Shown here piece by piece: positions 17,082 to 26,870 of a DNA stretch of 32,000 nt (within the stretch, counting starts at the first letter, position 1; each line of letters starts with the position of its first letter). This stretch comes from Pasteurella multocida. GTDB taxonomy: Bacteria > Pseudomonadota > Gammaproteobacteria > Enterobacterales > Pasteurellaceae. The position numbers were made by a program, and so were the translations under genes. The notes below the pieces were generated by a model, which was not told the origin of the DNA, made no database searches, and worked only from the letters and a program-made list of their open reading frames with translations. Location of the stretch: NCBI RefSeq assembly GCF_900187275.1, contig NZ_LT906458.1:1230001-1262000 (forward strand), written 5' to 3'.

Positions 17082-17149
17082 AATCTTTGTTACAATTCTT
17101 CACTAAACCAAGATCATAACCGAAATTAACTGAAAGAGATAGAAAGAAA

Positions 17150-17911
17150 ATGACCCCAGTGAATCAACCGACTCGCCAAATTGTACTGGATACCGAAACT
17201 ACGGGGATGAACCAATTTGGTGCACATTATGAAGGGCATTGTATTATTGAAATCGGGGCTGTTGAGATGATCAATCGACGCCTCACGGGCAATAATTTCC
17301 ATATTTATATCAAACCAAATCGCCCCGTCGATCCCGATGCGATCAAAGTACACGGTATCACCGATGAAATGTTGGCGGATAAACCCATGTTTAATGAGGT
17401 CGCACAGCAATTTATTGATTATATTCAAGGGGCTGAATTGCTGATCCATAATGCGCCCTTCGACGTGGGCTTTATGGATTATGAATTTAAAAAGCTAAAC
17501 TTAAACATCAATACTGATGAAATTTGTATGGTAACGGATACCTTACAAATGGCACGCCAAATGTACCCCGGTAAACGTAATAGCTTAGATGCACTTTGTG
17601 ATCGTTTAGGTATTGATAACAGCAAGCGAACCCTACACGGTGCGTTACTGGATGCGGAGATCTTAGCGGATGTGTACCTCACGATGACAGGGGGACAAAC
17701 CAGCCTATTTGATGAAAATGAACCAGAAATTGCTGTTGTCGCCGTCCAAGAACAAATCCAAAGTGCGGTGGCTTTTTCACAAGACTTAAAACGCCTGCAA
17801 CCCAATGCCGATGAACTACAAGCCCATCTCGATTACCTCCTCTTACTTAATAAAAAGAGCAAAGGCAATTGCTTATGGGAAAAGCGTTTAGCGGAATTGA
17901 AAACACATTAA
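17150..17911 (+). CDS. dnaQ: DNA polymerase III epsilon (3'-5' proofreading exonuclease)
   Basis: Exo motifs present: VLDTETTG (ExoI), HNAPFDVGF (ExoII) and HGALLDAEILADVY (ExoIII). Confidence 0.95.
   Translation: MTPVNQPTRQIVLDTETTGMNQFGAHYEGHCIIEIGAVEMINRRLTGNNFHIYIKPNRPVDPDAIKVHGITDEMLADKPMFNEVAQQFIDYIQGAELLIHNAPFDVGFMDYEFKKLNLNINTDEICMVTDTLQMARQMYPGKRNSLDALCDRLGIDNSKRTLHGALLDAEILADVYLTMTGGQTSLFDENEPEIAVVAVQEQIQSAVAFSQDLKRLQPNADELQAHLDYLLLLNKKSKGNCLWEKRLAELKTH
17761..17769 (+). repeat. DNA uptake signal sequence core (Hin-type)
   Basis: Exact AAGTGCGGT. Confidence 0.8.
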
Positions 17912-17960
17912 TAAATTCGTTCATTGATTGAGCAGCTGAGGGCAAATATGAAAAAAAAAG

Positions 17961-17989
17961 TTGACGAAAAGCGGCTTGATCATTAATAT
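17961..17989 (+). promoter_or_regulatory. Candidate promoter for the tRNA-Asp pair
   Basis: TTGACG (17961..17966), N17, TAATAT (17984..17989). It is preceded by an A9 tract (UP-element-like) and followed by a GC-rich discriminator (acgcctcacc), 15 nt before the first tRNA. Confidence 0.55.
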
Positions 17990-18004
17990 ACGCCTCACCT
18001 GTGC

Positions 18005-18081
18005 GGAGTGGTAGTTCAGCTGGTTAGAATACCTGCCTGTCACGCAGGGGGTCGCGGGTTCGAGTCCCGTCCATTCCGCCA
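18005..18081 (+). tRNA. tRNA-Asp (GUC), copy 1
   Basis: 77 nt: GGAGTGGTAGTTCAGCTGGTTAGAATACCTGCCTGTCACGCAGGGGGTCGCGGGTTCGAGTCCCGTCCATTCCGCCA. It has a cloverleaf, anticodon loop CTGTCAC and an encoded CCA. Confidence 0.95.
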
Positions 18082-18096
18082 ATTTTATTCTACTAC

Positions 18097-18173
18097 GGAG
18101 CGGTAGTTCAGCTGGTTAGAATACCTGCCTGTCACGCAGGGGGTCGCGGGTTCGAGTCCCGTCCGTTCCGCCA
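18097..18173 (+). tRNA. tRNA-Asp (GUC), copy 2
   Basis: 77 nt, differing from copy 1 at two positions (5 and 68). It is near-identical to E. coli tRNA-Asp as I remember it. Confidence 0.97.
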
Positions 18174-18185
18174 ACGAATTTCAAC

Positions 18186-18217
18186 AAAAAGCCACTTTTA
18201 AAAAGTGGCTTTTTGTT
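18186..18217 (+). terminator. Rho-independent terminator after the tRNA-Asp pair
   Basis: aaaaagccactttt / taa / aaagtggcttttt, followed by a T-run. Confidence 0.75.
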
Positions 18218-18292
18218 TCTCAGGCATCAGCTTGCTCAAGTTGGCTATTTAAGCCGATTTCTTGTACATTTCTCATCTTTGACAAAATCCGC

Positions 18293-18298
18293 TATAAT
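18293..18298 (+). promoter_or_regulatory. Candidate -10 element for der
   Basis: Consensus TATAAT lies 60 nt upstream of the der ATG. The best -35 at 17-nt spacing is the weak TTCTCA. Confidence 0.35.
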
Positions 18299-18358
18299 GA
18301 TGCCATTTTTGACTGCGCTATGAACCCATAGGCAGAAATACTGAATAAGAGGTTTTTT

Positions 18359-19891
18359 ATGACAACGCCTGTAGTGGCTCTTGTTGGTCGCCCAAATGTG
18401 GGAAAATCAACATTATTTAATCGTCTAACCCGTACGCGTGATGCGTTGGTGGCGGATTTTCCCGGCTTAACGCGCGACCGTAAATATGGTCAAGCCAATA
18501 TCGCAGGTTATGATTTTATTGTGATCGATACTGGTGGTATTGATGGTACAGAAGAAGGCGTGGAAGAAAAAATGGCGGAGCAATCCTTGCTTGCCATTGA
18601 AGAAGCCGATGTGGTGCTGTTTTTAGTGGATGCGCGTGCAGGCTTAACCTCTGCGGATATTGGTATCGCAAACTATTTACGCCAACGCCAAAACAAAATC
18701 ACGGTAGTCGTTGCCAATAAAACCGATGGCATTGATGCGGACTCCCATTGCGCCGAGTTCTATCAATTAGGTTTAGGTGAAGTCGAACAAATTGCTGCCT
18801 CGCAAGGTCGTGGCGTTTCTGCCTTAATGGAACAAGTACTGGCACCGATTGCGGAAAAAATGAATGCCGAAAGTCCTGAACAAAGTGCGGTAGAAAATAC
18901 CGATGTTTCTGAAACCGGCGAACAAGACGAGTGGGATCACGACTTCGACTTTGCTAATGAAGAAGATACCGCCTTGTTAGATGACGCCATTGCGGAAGAA
19001 CTGGAAGCACAAGATAAAAATATCAAAATCGCCATTGTTGGGCGTCCAAATGTGGGTAAATCGACCTTAACAAATCGCATTTTAGGTGAAGATCGCGTGG
19101 TCGTGTATGACTTACCGGGGACAACGCGTGACAGTATTTATATCCCGATGGAACGCGATGGTCAGCATTACACCATCATTGACACCGCAGGGGTACGTAA
19201 ACGGGGTAAAGTCCATTTAGCAGTGGAAAAATTTTCGGTCATCAAAACCTTACAAGCGATTCAAGATGCCAATGTGGTGTTATTAACTATTGATGCGCGT
19301 GAAGGCGTGTCAGATCAAGACTTATCTTTACTGGGTTTTATACTCAATGCAGGGCGTTCATTGGTCATCGTAGTGAATAAATGGGATGGTTTAAATCAAG
19401 ACATTAAAGATCAAGTCAAATCTGAACTGGATCGCCGTTTAGATTTCATTGATTTCGCTCGAGTGCATTTTATTTCTGCTCTACACGGTAGCGGCGTCGG
19501 CAACCTGTTTGATTCGATTAAAGAAGCCTATGCCTGTGCGACACAAAAAATGACCACATCCATGTTAACCCGTATTTTACAAATGGCAACGGATGAGCAT
19601 CAGCCGCCGATGATGGGTGGTCGTCGAATTAAATTAAAATACGCACACCCGGGCGGTTATAATCCACCCATTATTGTGGTGCATGGTAACCAAATGGATA
19701 AATTACCCGATTCATATAAACGTTATTTATCCAATTACTATCGTCGTAGTTTGAAAATTATTGGTTCGCCAATCCGCTTATTATTCCAAGAAGGAAATAA
19801 CCCATTTGCAGGTAAACGGAATAAATTGACACCAAATCAATTACGCAAACGCAAACGCTTAATGAAGTTTATTAAAAAATCGAAGCGTTAA
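18359..19891 (+). CDS. der: Ribosome-associated GTPase Der (EngA)
   Basis: 510 aa with two GTPase domains, each carrying a [11 protein letters not shown]-loop (res 10-19 and 228-237). An acidic linker separates them, and the C-terminus is KH-like and basic. Confidence 0.95.
   Translation: MTTPVVALVGRPNVGKSTLFNRLTRTRDALVADFPGLTRDRKYGQANIAGYDFIVIDTGGIDGTEEGVEEKMAEQSLLAIEEADVVLFLVDARAGLTSADIGIANYLRQRQNKITVVVANKTDGIDADSHCAEFYQLGLGEVEQIAASQGRGVSALMEQVLAPIAEKMNAESPEQSAVENTDVSETGEQDEWDHDFDFANEEDTALLDDAIAEELEAQDKNIKIAIVGRPNVGKSTLTNRILGEDRVVVYDLPGTTRDSIYIPMERDGQHYTIIDTAGVRKRGKVHLAVEKFSVIKTLQAIQDANVVLLTIDAREGVSDQDLSLLGFILNAGRSLVIVVNKWDGLNQDIKDQVKSELDRRLDFIDFARVHFISALHGSGVGNLFDSIKEAYACATQKMTTSMLTRILQMATDEHQPPMMGGRRIKLKYAHPGGYNPPIIVVHGNQMDKLPDSYKRYLSNYYRRSLKIIGSPIRLLFQEGNNPFAGKRNKLTPNQLRKRKRLMKFIKKSKR
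18883..18891 (+). repeat. DNA uptake signal sequence core (Hin-type)
   Basis: Exact AAGTGCGGT. Confidence 0.8.
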
Positions 19892-19954
19892 TCAATCTAC
19901 ATGGCGCCCTGTCGATCGGCGCCATATTCTCTGTGTTTTTAAAGGACAACTAGC

Positions 19955-20344
19955 ATGGCGAATAAAAAAACCTTACTCCTTTTTCCACTCATTACGCAGT
20001 GTATTTTTTCACTCTTTTTGCCTTTTTTTAATGCCTTCCATCTCAAAGGTCTAACGGATGTTTTTATTCTAACCACGGTGCCAGCTTTTTTATTTTCTTT
20101 GGTTTGTGTGTATTATCAGTTTCATCAACGTAATCTGCTTCAGATCGCGTTTTTCTCAGGTACAATCAGCTTCTTTTATACTCTAACTATGTTATCTTGC
20201 TTCCTGTTCAATGAGACATTCCGCGAGCCTATGTCATTATGGGAACAGAGTTTAGCGCTGCTGTTTTATGCGTTAATGTTTGCCTTACCGAGTATGATGT
20301 ATGCCATGGTAGTACTACGTCTTTTTTTAAGAAAAGCCCCTTAA
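19955..20344 (+). CDS. Small integral membrane protein, hypothetical
   Basis: 129 aa with about 4 hydrophobic helices. AAGGA lies 8 nt upstream of the ATG, and a strong terminator follows the gene. Confidence 0.55.
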   Translation: MANKKTLLLFPLITQCIFSLFLPFFNAFHLKGLTDVFILTTVPAFLFSLVCVYYQFHQRNLLQIAFFSGTISFFYTLTMLSCFLFNETFREPMSLWEQSLALLFYALMFALPSMMYAMVVLRLFLRKAP

Positions 20345-20353
20345 TACACAAAC

Positions 20354-20386
20354 AAAAAGGCGCGGATGATGATACCGCGCCTTTTT
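20354..20386. terminator. Bidirectional rho-independent terminator
   Basis: aaaaaggcgcgg / atgatgata / ccgcgccttttt, with an A-run and a T-run on either side. It sits between the convergent membrane-protein gene (+) and ftsP (-). Confidence 0.75.
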
Positions 20387-20405
20387 GTTATACCTGTTAT
20401 ACCTG

Positions 20406-21812
20406 TTATTGCACAACCAATAGCCTGATACAGCCTTTATCTGCCAACATTAAATTAGCGGAGCCAAACAGGAAAGGATGATTATTCGATGACATATGTT
20501 CAAATTTTACTAAAATTTGGACTTTGCCGTTAATCAGCACACTGTCCTTCCATGCAACTTCACTTTGTTCTACTAGGGTGTCATTGATACTCTCGATAAG
20601 AAATTTCGCCCCTTGAATACGAAAGCCCATGATGCCATTTGCGGTTAACGTCCAACGCTCCGTTGTATTTAATTTAGCATTAGTCACCCGTTTCGGATCA
20701 AAGTGTTTATCATTCACCATGCCCGTATTCACATCAAAATGAAATTGGCGTTCTTGTACTACTTTATTACTCAAATTCGCCACAGCATCTGTGTTAAATT
20801 GTGGCTCAGCTTGTTTAGAAAAAACCGAGGCAAGTCCTTCAGGACGAAGCTCTAACACGGTATTGTCGACTAATTCATTTTCATCAGCGAAAAGTGAAGT
20901 AAAAACATGTAAGAAATCCCGTTTTTCACCGGCAATCAAACGCACACTCTCACCTTCATTTAAATCAATTAACAATTCACTTCGTTCACTTGGCGCCAAC
21001 ACTATGGATTTCAAGACCTTAGCTTGTGGTAAGAAACCTTGATCTGAGGCGATCAAACGCATTTCGCGCTCATCATCTAAACGCAGTTCATAGTGGCGTG
21101 ACAATGAGGCATTCACTAAACGTAATCGCACCCAACCTCGTGGCACATTCACATAAGGCGCCTCTTGCCCATTCACAAATAAACGATTACCAAAAAGTGC
21201 GGTCTGATTTGGTTGAAATAATTGCAATCCCTGATTATTTAAACGCATATCTTGCAAAATCAAAGGAATATCATTCACACCATATTTATGCGGTAAGCCG
21301 GATTTCAAACTCTGTTCGTCTTCAATAATCCACATCCCCGCTAAGCCGCGATAGGTTTGATAAGCTGAATTAGCGAGAGATACTGAATGATACCAACAGG
21401 TAGATGCCGCTTGAGTAATTGGAATAATCGGTGACCAAGTTTCTTTAGGTTGCAAAACGCGTCCCACACCGCCAAGTAATTCGCCACTCGCCTGCAAACC
21501 TTGAATCGACATGGATACGCCTTGTGGTAAATTATTGCGATAATTTAACTTAGCAAAGTCACCTTTACGAATTTTAATCGTTGGTCCTAAATAATGTCCA
21601 TTAAATCCCCACACCTCGACAGTTTTACCCATCTCTAATGGATACTGAACACTATCCAGACTTAAAAAAATTGGCTTACCACGTCGGGTTTCCAATAAGG
21701 GAGGAATACGTAAGGCTTGGCGTGTTGCAGCCAATAGAGAGGATGGCAAGGCTGAAAGTGCCGTGGCAATTAAACTGGTTTTGAAAAACTGTCGACGCGC
21801 CGGATTATCCAT
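20406..21812 (-). CDS. ftsP: Cell division protein FtsP (SufI), Tat-exported multicopper-oxidase-like
   Basis: 468 aa with the twin-arginine signal [25 protein letters not shown] and cupredoxin-like repeats. I see no His-rich copper-site motifs. It lies directly downstream of plsC, as in E. coli. Confidence 0.85.
   Translation of the reverse strand: MDNPARRQFFKTSLIATALSALPSSLLAATRQALRIPPLLETRRGKPIFLSLDSVQYPLEMGKTVEVWGFNGHYLGPTIKIRKGDFAKLNYRNNLPQGVSMSIQGLQASGELLGGVGRVLQPKETWSPIIPITQAASTCWYHSVSLANSAYQTYRGLAGMWIIEDEQSLKSGLPHKYGVNDIPLILQDMRLNNQGLQLFQPNQTALFGNRLFVNGQEAPYVNVPRGWVRLRLVNASLSRHYELRLDDEREMRLIASDQGFLPQAKVLKSIVLAPSERSELLIDLNEGESVRLIAGEKRDFLHVFTSLFADENELVDNTVLELRPEGLASVFSKQAEPQFNTDAVANLSNKVVQERQFHFDVNTGMVNDKHFDPKRVTNAKLNTTERWTLTANGIMGFRIQGAKFLIESINDTLVEQSEVAWKDSVLINGKVQILVKFEHMSSNNHPFLFGSANLMLADKGCIRLLVVQ
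21195..21203 (+). repeat. DNA uptake signal sequence core (Hin-type)
   Basis: Exact AAGTGCGGT. Confidence 0.8.
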
Positions 21813-21815
21813 TCT

Positions 21816-22541
21816 TTATTTACTCTGTTGTGCTATTTCAGCATCAAGTTCAGCAATACGTTGTGCCATGAGCTGATGGCAATGTGCTGCTAGTTCACGC
21901 ACATTTTCTTTATCATAAGCAGAAACATCTATCGGTTCTAACATTTCACAAATCACTTTGCCATTATCCCAACGATTTAAATCGATCTTGCCTTGTGTCG
22001 TTGAGCATACTACTGGAACAATCGGTACACCTGCCGCAATCGCCGCATAAAATGCCCCCGTTTTAAAAGGCAATAAGCCACGTCCTCGACTACGCGTCCC
22101 TTCTGGGAACATCCACACCGATAGGTCATCATCATGAATACGGCGAGCAACTTCGTTCATCGTGCCGTGCGCTTTAGTACGATTTTCACGATCAATCAGA
22201 ATATTGCCAGTAACCCAATACAACAGTCCAAAAAAAGGTATCCAAATTAAACTTTTCTTACCCACACTCACTGTTCTTGGTTGCACCATATAAGAAATCG
22301 TGACCATGTCATAATTATTCTGGTGATTACCAATATAAATACAGCGCCCGAATTTATCGACATTTTTAGGGAAACGATGCTCTACGGTTAAGCCAAAGAG
22401 AGGATGAAGACGCCCAAACCAACGCGCCATAATGCCCACATTGCTTGGATTACGAAAGCGGATAAAGGAGTAAATTGACCCCAACACACAAATTAAGAGA
22501 CAACAAAAAACAATAACGATTGTACGTAATAATTTTAACAT
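21816..22541 (-). CDS. plsC: 1-acyl-sn-glycerol-3-phosphate acyltransferase
   Basis: 241 aa with an N-terminal TM segment, the acyltransferase motif NHQNNYD (HX4D) and FPEGTRS. Confidence 0.88.
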   Translation of the reverse strand: MLKLLRTIVIVFCCLLICVLGSIYSFIRFRNPSNVGIMARWFGRLHPLFGLTVEHRFPKNVDKFGRCIYIGNHQNNYDMVTISYMVQPRTVSVGKKSLIWIPFFGLLYWVTGNILIDRENRTKAHGTMNEVARRIHDDDLSVWMFPEGTRSRGRGLLPFKTGAFYAAIAAGVPIVPVVCSTTQGKIDLNRWDNGKVICEMLEPIDVSAYDKENVRELAAHCHQLMAQRIAELDAEIAQQSK

Positions 22542-22651
22542 AATGCTATTCCTTGAAATATTTGGCTAAGTATAGCGAAATTGCCGGAATATGTGTATAA
22601 ATCAACATAAAAAATGTGCTACTCTAAATAAAAAAGACATGTATAAAACAG

Positions 22652-23371
22652 ATGAAAAAGACCTATTTTATTGCTGATTTACATCTCAGTGAAAATCGCC
22701 CTCATTTAACTCACCTCTTTTGTGATTTTATGCAACAGCTTGCCCCACAGGCTGAGGCACTTTACATTTTGGGCGATTTATTTGATTTTTGGATCGGTGA
22801 TGATGAAGAATCTGCGTTAATTCACACCGTCCAGCAACAGATTCACGCCCTGAGTGCACAAGGCGTAAAATGTTACTTCCAACATGGTAATCGTGATTTT
22901 CTGATTGGCAAACGCTTTGCCGCAGCCTGTGGTATGACATTATTACCCACTTATCAACGGATTACATTATATGGTGAGTCTGTTTTACTTTGTCATGGCG
23001 ATACACTGTGTATTGATGATGTTGCCTATCAACAATACCGAAAAAAAGTACATCAAAAATGGCGTCAGTGGCTATTTCTACATCTTCCACTAAAAGTGCG
23101 GTTAAAGATCGCAGAGAAAATTCGAACACGCAGTAAAGCCGATAAAAAAAGGAAGTCTGAGGAAATAATGGATGTCAATCCTGACTTTGTGTTACAGACT
23201 TTTGCCCAATTTGGCGTTAAAAAAATCATTCACGGGCACACGCATCGTCAACATATTCATCATATTCCACCGCACTTTACCCGCATTGTGCTCGGCGATT
23301 GGGGCGATACTGCGTCTATTCTCGAAGTCAATGAGCAGCAACAGGTGCGTTTTTTAACAGGAAAGGAGTAA
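22652..23371 (+). CDS. lpxH: UDP-2,3-diacylglucosamine diphosphatase
   Basis: 239 aa with metallophosphoesterase motifs: [21 protein letters not shown] and HGHTH. Confidence 0.92.
   Translation: MKKTYFIADLHLSENRPHLTHLFCDFMQQLAPQAEALYILGDLFDFWIGDDEESALIHTVQQQIHALSAQGVKCYFQHGNRDFLIGKRFAAACGMTLLPTYQRITLYGESVLLCHGDTLCIDDVAYQQYRKKVHQKWRQWLFLHLPLKVRLKIAEKIRTRSKADKKRKSEEIMDVNPDFVLQTFAQFGVKKIIHGHTHRQHIHHIPPHFTRIVLGDWGDTASILEVNEQQQVRFLTGKE
23094..23102 (+). repeat. DNA uptake signal sequence core (Hin-type)
   Basis: Exact AAGTGCGGT. Confidence 0.8.
23269..23277 (-). repeat. DNA uptake signal sequence core (Hin-type)
   Basis: Exact ACCGCACTT. Confidence 0.8.
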
Positions 23372-23374
23372 CTT

Positions 23375-23881
23375 ATGGCTGATCCACATATTCAATCGCC
23401 GATGGATATTTGGGATTATCTCACGGTGATTTTATACCGTTCAGGCTTTGTTTTAGCAGGCATCATGACACTATTGTTACCTTACAAAGCGGACATCGCT
23501 CATCTGGGTTTACTCATTGCTGCAACACTTTGTGCATCAAGCTTGCATATTTATATGAAATCGTTTCGCCTTATCTTACAACTGGCAACTTGGGTGGCAT
23601 TGATTTGCCAAGCGCTCGGTTTTGAGGCGCTGGCGCTAGGCGGGGCGTTGGTCACCTTAGGCGGATTATGTTACAAAGAATATTTTTGTTTCCGTGTATT
23701 TTTATTGAATGCACAACCCTTTTTTGTCGCACTACTTTGGGGTGCAGTTCAGCTCAATAGTCCGCTTTTCACTCAAGTGATGTCGCTAATTGTCGCACTG
23801 CTTTTTTTTGTATTAGCATTCAAAAAGTGGCAAATGCCACTGCATTTTGATATCGGTGATAAAAGTAAATATCAAGTTTAA
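23375..23881 (+). CDS. Integral membrane protein, hypothetical
   Basis: 168 aa with 4-5 hydrophobic helices. It starts 3 nt after the lpxH stop, with AGGAG inside the lpxH 3' end, so it is probably co-transcribed. Confidence 0.6.
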   Translation: MADPHIQSPMDIWDYLTVILYRSGFVLAGIMTLLLPYKADIAHLGLLIAATLCASSLHIYMKSFRLILQLATWVALICQALGFEALALGGALVTLGGLCYKEYFCFRVFLLNAQPFFVALLWGAVQLNSPLFTQVMSLIVALLFFVLAFKKWQMPLHFDIGDKSKYQV

Positions 23882-23929
23882 AAATGAAAGGCGAACACAA
23901 GGTTCGCCTTTTTCAACACAATTTTGTGA

Positions 23930-24496
23930 TTATTTCACACGTGAAACATATTCACCTGAGCGAGTATCGACTTTGATCACTTCACCAATTTGTACGAATA
24001 ATGGCACTTTTACTACTGCACCGGTGCTTAATGTCGCTGGTTTACCACCTGTACCCGCAGTATCCCCTTTTAAGCCTGGATCTGTATCGATGATTTCTAA
24101 CTCGACAAAGTTTGGTGGGGTAACGCTGATTGGTGCACCATTCCATAATGTCACGATACAATCAGCTTGGTCTAATAACCATTTTTCTGCATCACCAATA
24201 GCTTTTGCATCCGCGGAGTATTGTTCAAATGTTTCTGGGTGCATAAAATACCAGAAGGCATCATCTTTGTAGGAGTAAGTTAAGTTTAAGTCCATAACAT
24301 CCGCCGCTTCAACAGAGGTACCAGATTTAAAGTTAACATCTAATACTTTGCCAGAAATTAATTTACGAATACGCGTACGAGTGAATGCTTGACCTTTGCC
24401 GGGTTTCACAAATTCATTTTCAACGATCACACAAGGCTCGCCGTCCTGCATAAATTTTAGACCTGGTTTGAAATCACTGGTAGTATATGTAGCCAT
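23930..24496 (-). CDS. efp: Elongation factor P
   Basis: 188 aa. The N-terminus [14 protein letters not shown]...[15 protein letters not shown] carries the modifiable Lys in the KPGKGQA loop. Confidence 0.97.
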   Translation of the reverse strand: MATYTTSDFKPGLKFMQDGEPCVIVENEFVKPGKGQAFTRTRIRKLISGKVLDVNFKSGTSVEAADVMDLNLTYSYKDDAFWYFMHPETFEQYSADAKAIGDAEKWLLDQADCIVTLWNGAPISVTPPNFVELEIIDTDPGLKGDTAGTGGKPATLSTGAVVKVPLFVQIGEVIKVDTRSGEYVSRVK

Positions 24497-24519
24497 ATTA
24501 TCCTCAAGTTATAAAGAGA

Positions 24520-25545
24520 TTGTTTTCAAAAGTGCATATTTTAACTCAAAACATAGCCATTAGAGAAGAACAAAGTTGGACAGATCACTTAGCCAATGCC
24601 ATATCCGACCCAAAAATCTTATTGGAAACCCTCAATTTACCGACTGAAAATGTTGAACAAGACTTAGAGGCACGCCGTTTATTTCCGCTCAGAGTTCCCC
24701 TGCCTTTCATTGAAAAAATGCAAAAAGGCAACCCACAAGATCCGCTTTTTTTACAAGTCATGAGTTTTCGTGATGAGTTTTTACAGGTTGAAGGCTTCAG
24801 TAAAGATCCACTGGAAGAGCAAGATGCTGTCGTGCCAAGCGTGTTACATAAATACCATAATCGTTTATTACTCATGGTCAAAGGTGGTTGCGCGGTAAAT
24901 TGCCGTTATTGTTTTCGTCGCCATTTTCCTTATGCAGATAACAAAGGAAATAAAGCGAATTGGCAAAAAGCGCTTGACTACATTGCAAATCATCCAGAAA
25001 TAGAAGAAGTGATTTTTTCTGGTGGGGATCCTTTAATGGCAAAAGATCATGAGCTAGATTGGTTGATAAAAAATCTAGAAAACATACCGCACTTACAGCG
25101 CTTACGTATTCATACGCGCTTACCGGTAGTGATCCCGCAACGCATTACTGCCGATCTTTGCCAAACCCTCGCAGAAAGTCGTTTTCAAACCGTACTTGTG
25201 ACGCATATCAATCATCCCAACGAAATTGATGCCTTTTTTGCACAAGCCATAAACAAACTAAGAGAGGTTGGCGTGTTACTCTTAAATCAAGCAGTTCTGC
25301 TCAAAGGGATCAATGACAATGCACATATCCTAAAGCAATTAGGTGATAAATTATTTGCCACCAATATTCTTCCTTATTACCTGCATTTGTTAGATAAAGT
25401 CGAAGGCGCAAGCCATTTCTATCTGGACGATAACCGCGCCTTAAATATTTACAAAGAATTACAAAGCCTCACATCGGGTTATTTAGTACCGAAACTTGCA
25501 CGAGAAATTGCCAAAGAACCGAATAAAACCCTATATACAGCATAG
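24520..25545 (+). CDS. epmB: EF-P beta-lysylation protein EpmB (lysine 2,3-aminomutase-like radical SAM)
   Basis: Radical-SAM cluster motif CAVNCRYCFRR. It is divergent from efp, as in E. coli. The start codon is uncertain: TTG at 24520 (track) or in-frame GTG at 24532. Confidence 0.9.
   Translation: MFSKVHILTQNIAIREEQSWTDHLANAISDPKILLETLNLPTENVEQDLEARRLFPLRVPLPFIEKMQKGNPQDPLFLQVMSFRDEFLQVEGFSKDPLEEQDAVVPSVLHKYHNRLLLMVKGGCAVNCRYCFRRHFPYADNKGNKANWQKALDYIANHPEIEEVIFSGGDPLMAKDHELDWLIKNLENIPHLQRLRIHTRLPVVIPQRITADLCQTLAESRFQTVLVTHINHPNEIDAFFAQAINKLREVGVLLLNQAVLLKGINDNAHILKQLGDKLFATNILPYYLHLLDKVEGASHFYLDDNRALNIYKELQSLTSGYLVPKLAREIAKEPNKTLYTA
25086..25094 (-). repeat. DNA uptake signal sequence core (Hin-type)
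   Basis: Exact ACCGCACTT. Confidence 0.8.
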
Positions 25546-25584
25546 GAAAATCAACAAATATCCTTTAGAATAACCTAAATTTTG

Positions 25585-25593
25585 ACCGCACTT
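25585..25593 (-). repeat. DNA uptake signal sequence core (Hin-type), intergenic
   Basis: Exact ACCGCACTT between epmB and oapA. Confidence 0.8.
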
Positions 25594-25638
25594 TCAGTGT
25601 ATATCAGTAAGCTAGCTATTTAGAATCGAGGTACTATC

Positions 25639-26805
25639 GTGGATTCAGAAAAACACACTCCAGAAAATCAACATAATCCAGAACAAAGCGAACTGGATTT
25701 AGAATTTAGCCAAGTTGAGCCAATTACGCCCAAAAAAATGGCTAAACCGACGCCCTCTTTTTTTGATAGCGTAAAAGGTGTTTTTGCTAAAAAAACATCA
25801 CATGACGCGTCATTAAAGACAACGCGTCAAGCCCCTGCATTTAATGAAGCCACCTCTTCATCAAATACACAAACTGATTTAAATGCCGATGAACTGACTA
25901 GCGAACAGCCAACCTCAGAAGATATGGGCGCTGCTGTTGTTGCGCCAGCAGTAAACTGGAAAAACCCAGAAACTTGGCCGTTCCTACAAATTCTGCCACA
26001 ACGTCATCGCCGTTTATTTGTCGCGTTATTTGGTCTGATTTTATTATTAATTATTTTCTTTGCCCTCAAACCAAGTTCACAAACGGTCCAATCGTTTGAG
26101 CAACAAAACAGTCAAGCCGTGCCTATTCAATTTCAGCCGTTAGAAAAAGGTCAAACTGTTGAAAATACGATTTTAGATAACTTAAATCAGCCTGCAGACA
26201 ACAGCGCAAGTGCAACACAAGATAATACCGTGACAAGCGCGGTCAACTCAGAAACTCAACCCACATCCTCTGCCAGTGGGACAGAGAGCACGCCAACGGC
26301 AATAGCACCTACAAAAGTGGAACAACCGGTGGCACCTAAAATGGGGGCGGCTGACGCAGACAAACCAAGCGCTGTAGAAAAAGTCGCGAATGAAAAAGTC
26401 ACGAATGAAAAAGTAGTGACTGAAAAACCTAAAACAGTAGAAAAACCTAAAGTGGTAGAAAAAGCCAAAGTCCCAGAGAAACCAACGCATACTGAAAAAG
26501 CGAAGGTGGAGAAAAAGGTTGCTCCCGTTGTAGACGCTAATCCAGCGAAAGTAAGTAATAGCAAAACCTTAACGATTCCACAGGGTGTCAGCTTAATGCA
26601 AGTATTCCGTAACCATAATTTAAATATTGCGGATGTCAATGCGATGACAAAAGCGTCGGGGGCAGGTAATGCACTGAGTAACTTCAAAGCTGGCGATAAA
26701 GTGCAAATTTCCGTGAATAGTCAAGGGCGAGTTAACGAGCTCCGATTAGAAAATGGTGCTAAATTCATTCGCCAAGCCGATGGCAGTTATATTTATAAAA
26801 AATAA
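25639..26805 (+). CDS. oapA: Opacity-associated protein OapA-like (TM anchor, low-complexity linker, C-terminal LysM-like OapA domain)
   Basis: 388 aa with a GTG start. It has a single TM segment (LFVALFGLILLLIIFFAL), a Lys/Glu/Pro/Val repeat region, and the C-terminal TLTIPQGVSLMQVFRNHNLNIADVNAM...GDKVQISV. The call is from memory of Haemophilus OapA. Confidence 0.7.
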   Translation: MDSEKHTPENQHNPEQSELDLEFSQVEPITPKKMAKPTPSFFDSVKGVFAKKTSHDASLKTTRQAPAFNEATSSSNTQTDLNADELTSEQPTSEDMGAAVVAPAVNWKNPETWPFLQILPQRHRRLFVALFGLILLLIIFFALKPSSQTVQSFEQQNSQAVPIQFQPLEKGQTVENTILDNLNQPADNSASATQDNTVTSAVNSETQPTSSASGTESTPTAIAPTKVEQPVAPKMGAADADKPSAVEKVANEKVTNEKVVTEKPKTVEKPKVVEKAKVPEKPTHTEKAKVEKKVAPVVDANPAKVSNSKTLTIPQGVSLMQVFRNHNLNIADVNAMTKASGAGNALSNFKAGDKVQISVNSQGRVNELRLENGAKFIRQADGSYIYKK

Positions 26806-26821
26806 CAAGACCAAATAAAGC

Positions 26822-26857
26822 AAAGCCCGTGATGAGAAAATCAACACGGGCTTTTTG
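26822..26857 (+). terminator. Rho-independent terminator after oapA
   Basis: agcccgtg / 13-nt loop / cacgggct, followed by ttttt. Confidence 0.7.
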
Positions 26858-26870
26858 TTCATATTGGTAT

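Noticed and set aside
18005-18173. tRNA-Asp pair considered as the island attachment site (aspV-like hotspot).
   Set aside because: The island ends about 2.4 kb upstream, with the yecE-like gene, rnhA and dnaQ in between. I saw no partial tRNA 3'-end repeat at the island borders.
18880-19010. Long acidic insertion between the two GTPase domains of Der.
   Set aside because: An acidic inter-domain linker is normal for gammaproteobacterial Der/EngA, so it is not an anomaly.
23847-24272. 141-aa plus-strand ORF.
   Set aside because: It is antisense to efp, which is unambiguous.
24497-24531. Very short (23-35 bp) divergent efp/epmB intergenic region.
   Set aside because: This divergent arrangement is conserved in Enterobacteria and Pasteurellaceae. 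The promoters must lie within the neighbouring coding sequences. The arrangement is ordinary.
26233-26243. acaagcgcggt, which resembles the Apl-type USS ACAAGCGGT.
   Set aside because: It contains an extra base (GCGCGGT), so it is not an exact core. The window otherwise uses the Hin-type USS.
26248-26687. Minus-strand ORFs of 80 and 143 aa within oapA.
   Set aside because: They are the antisense shadow of the repetitive Lys/Glu-rich linker region.
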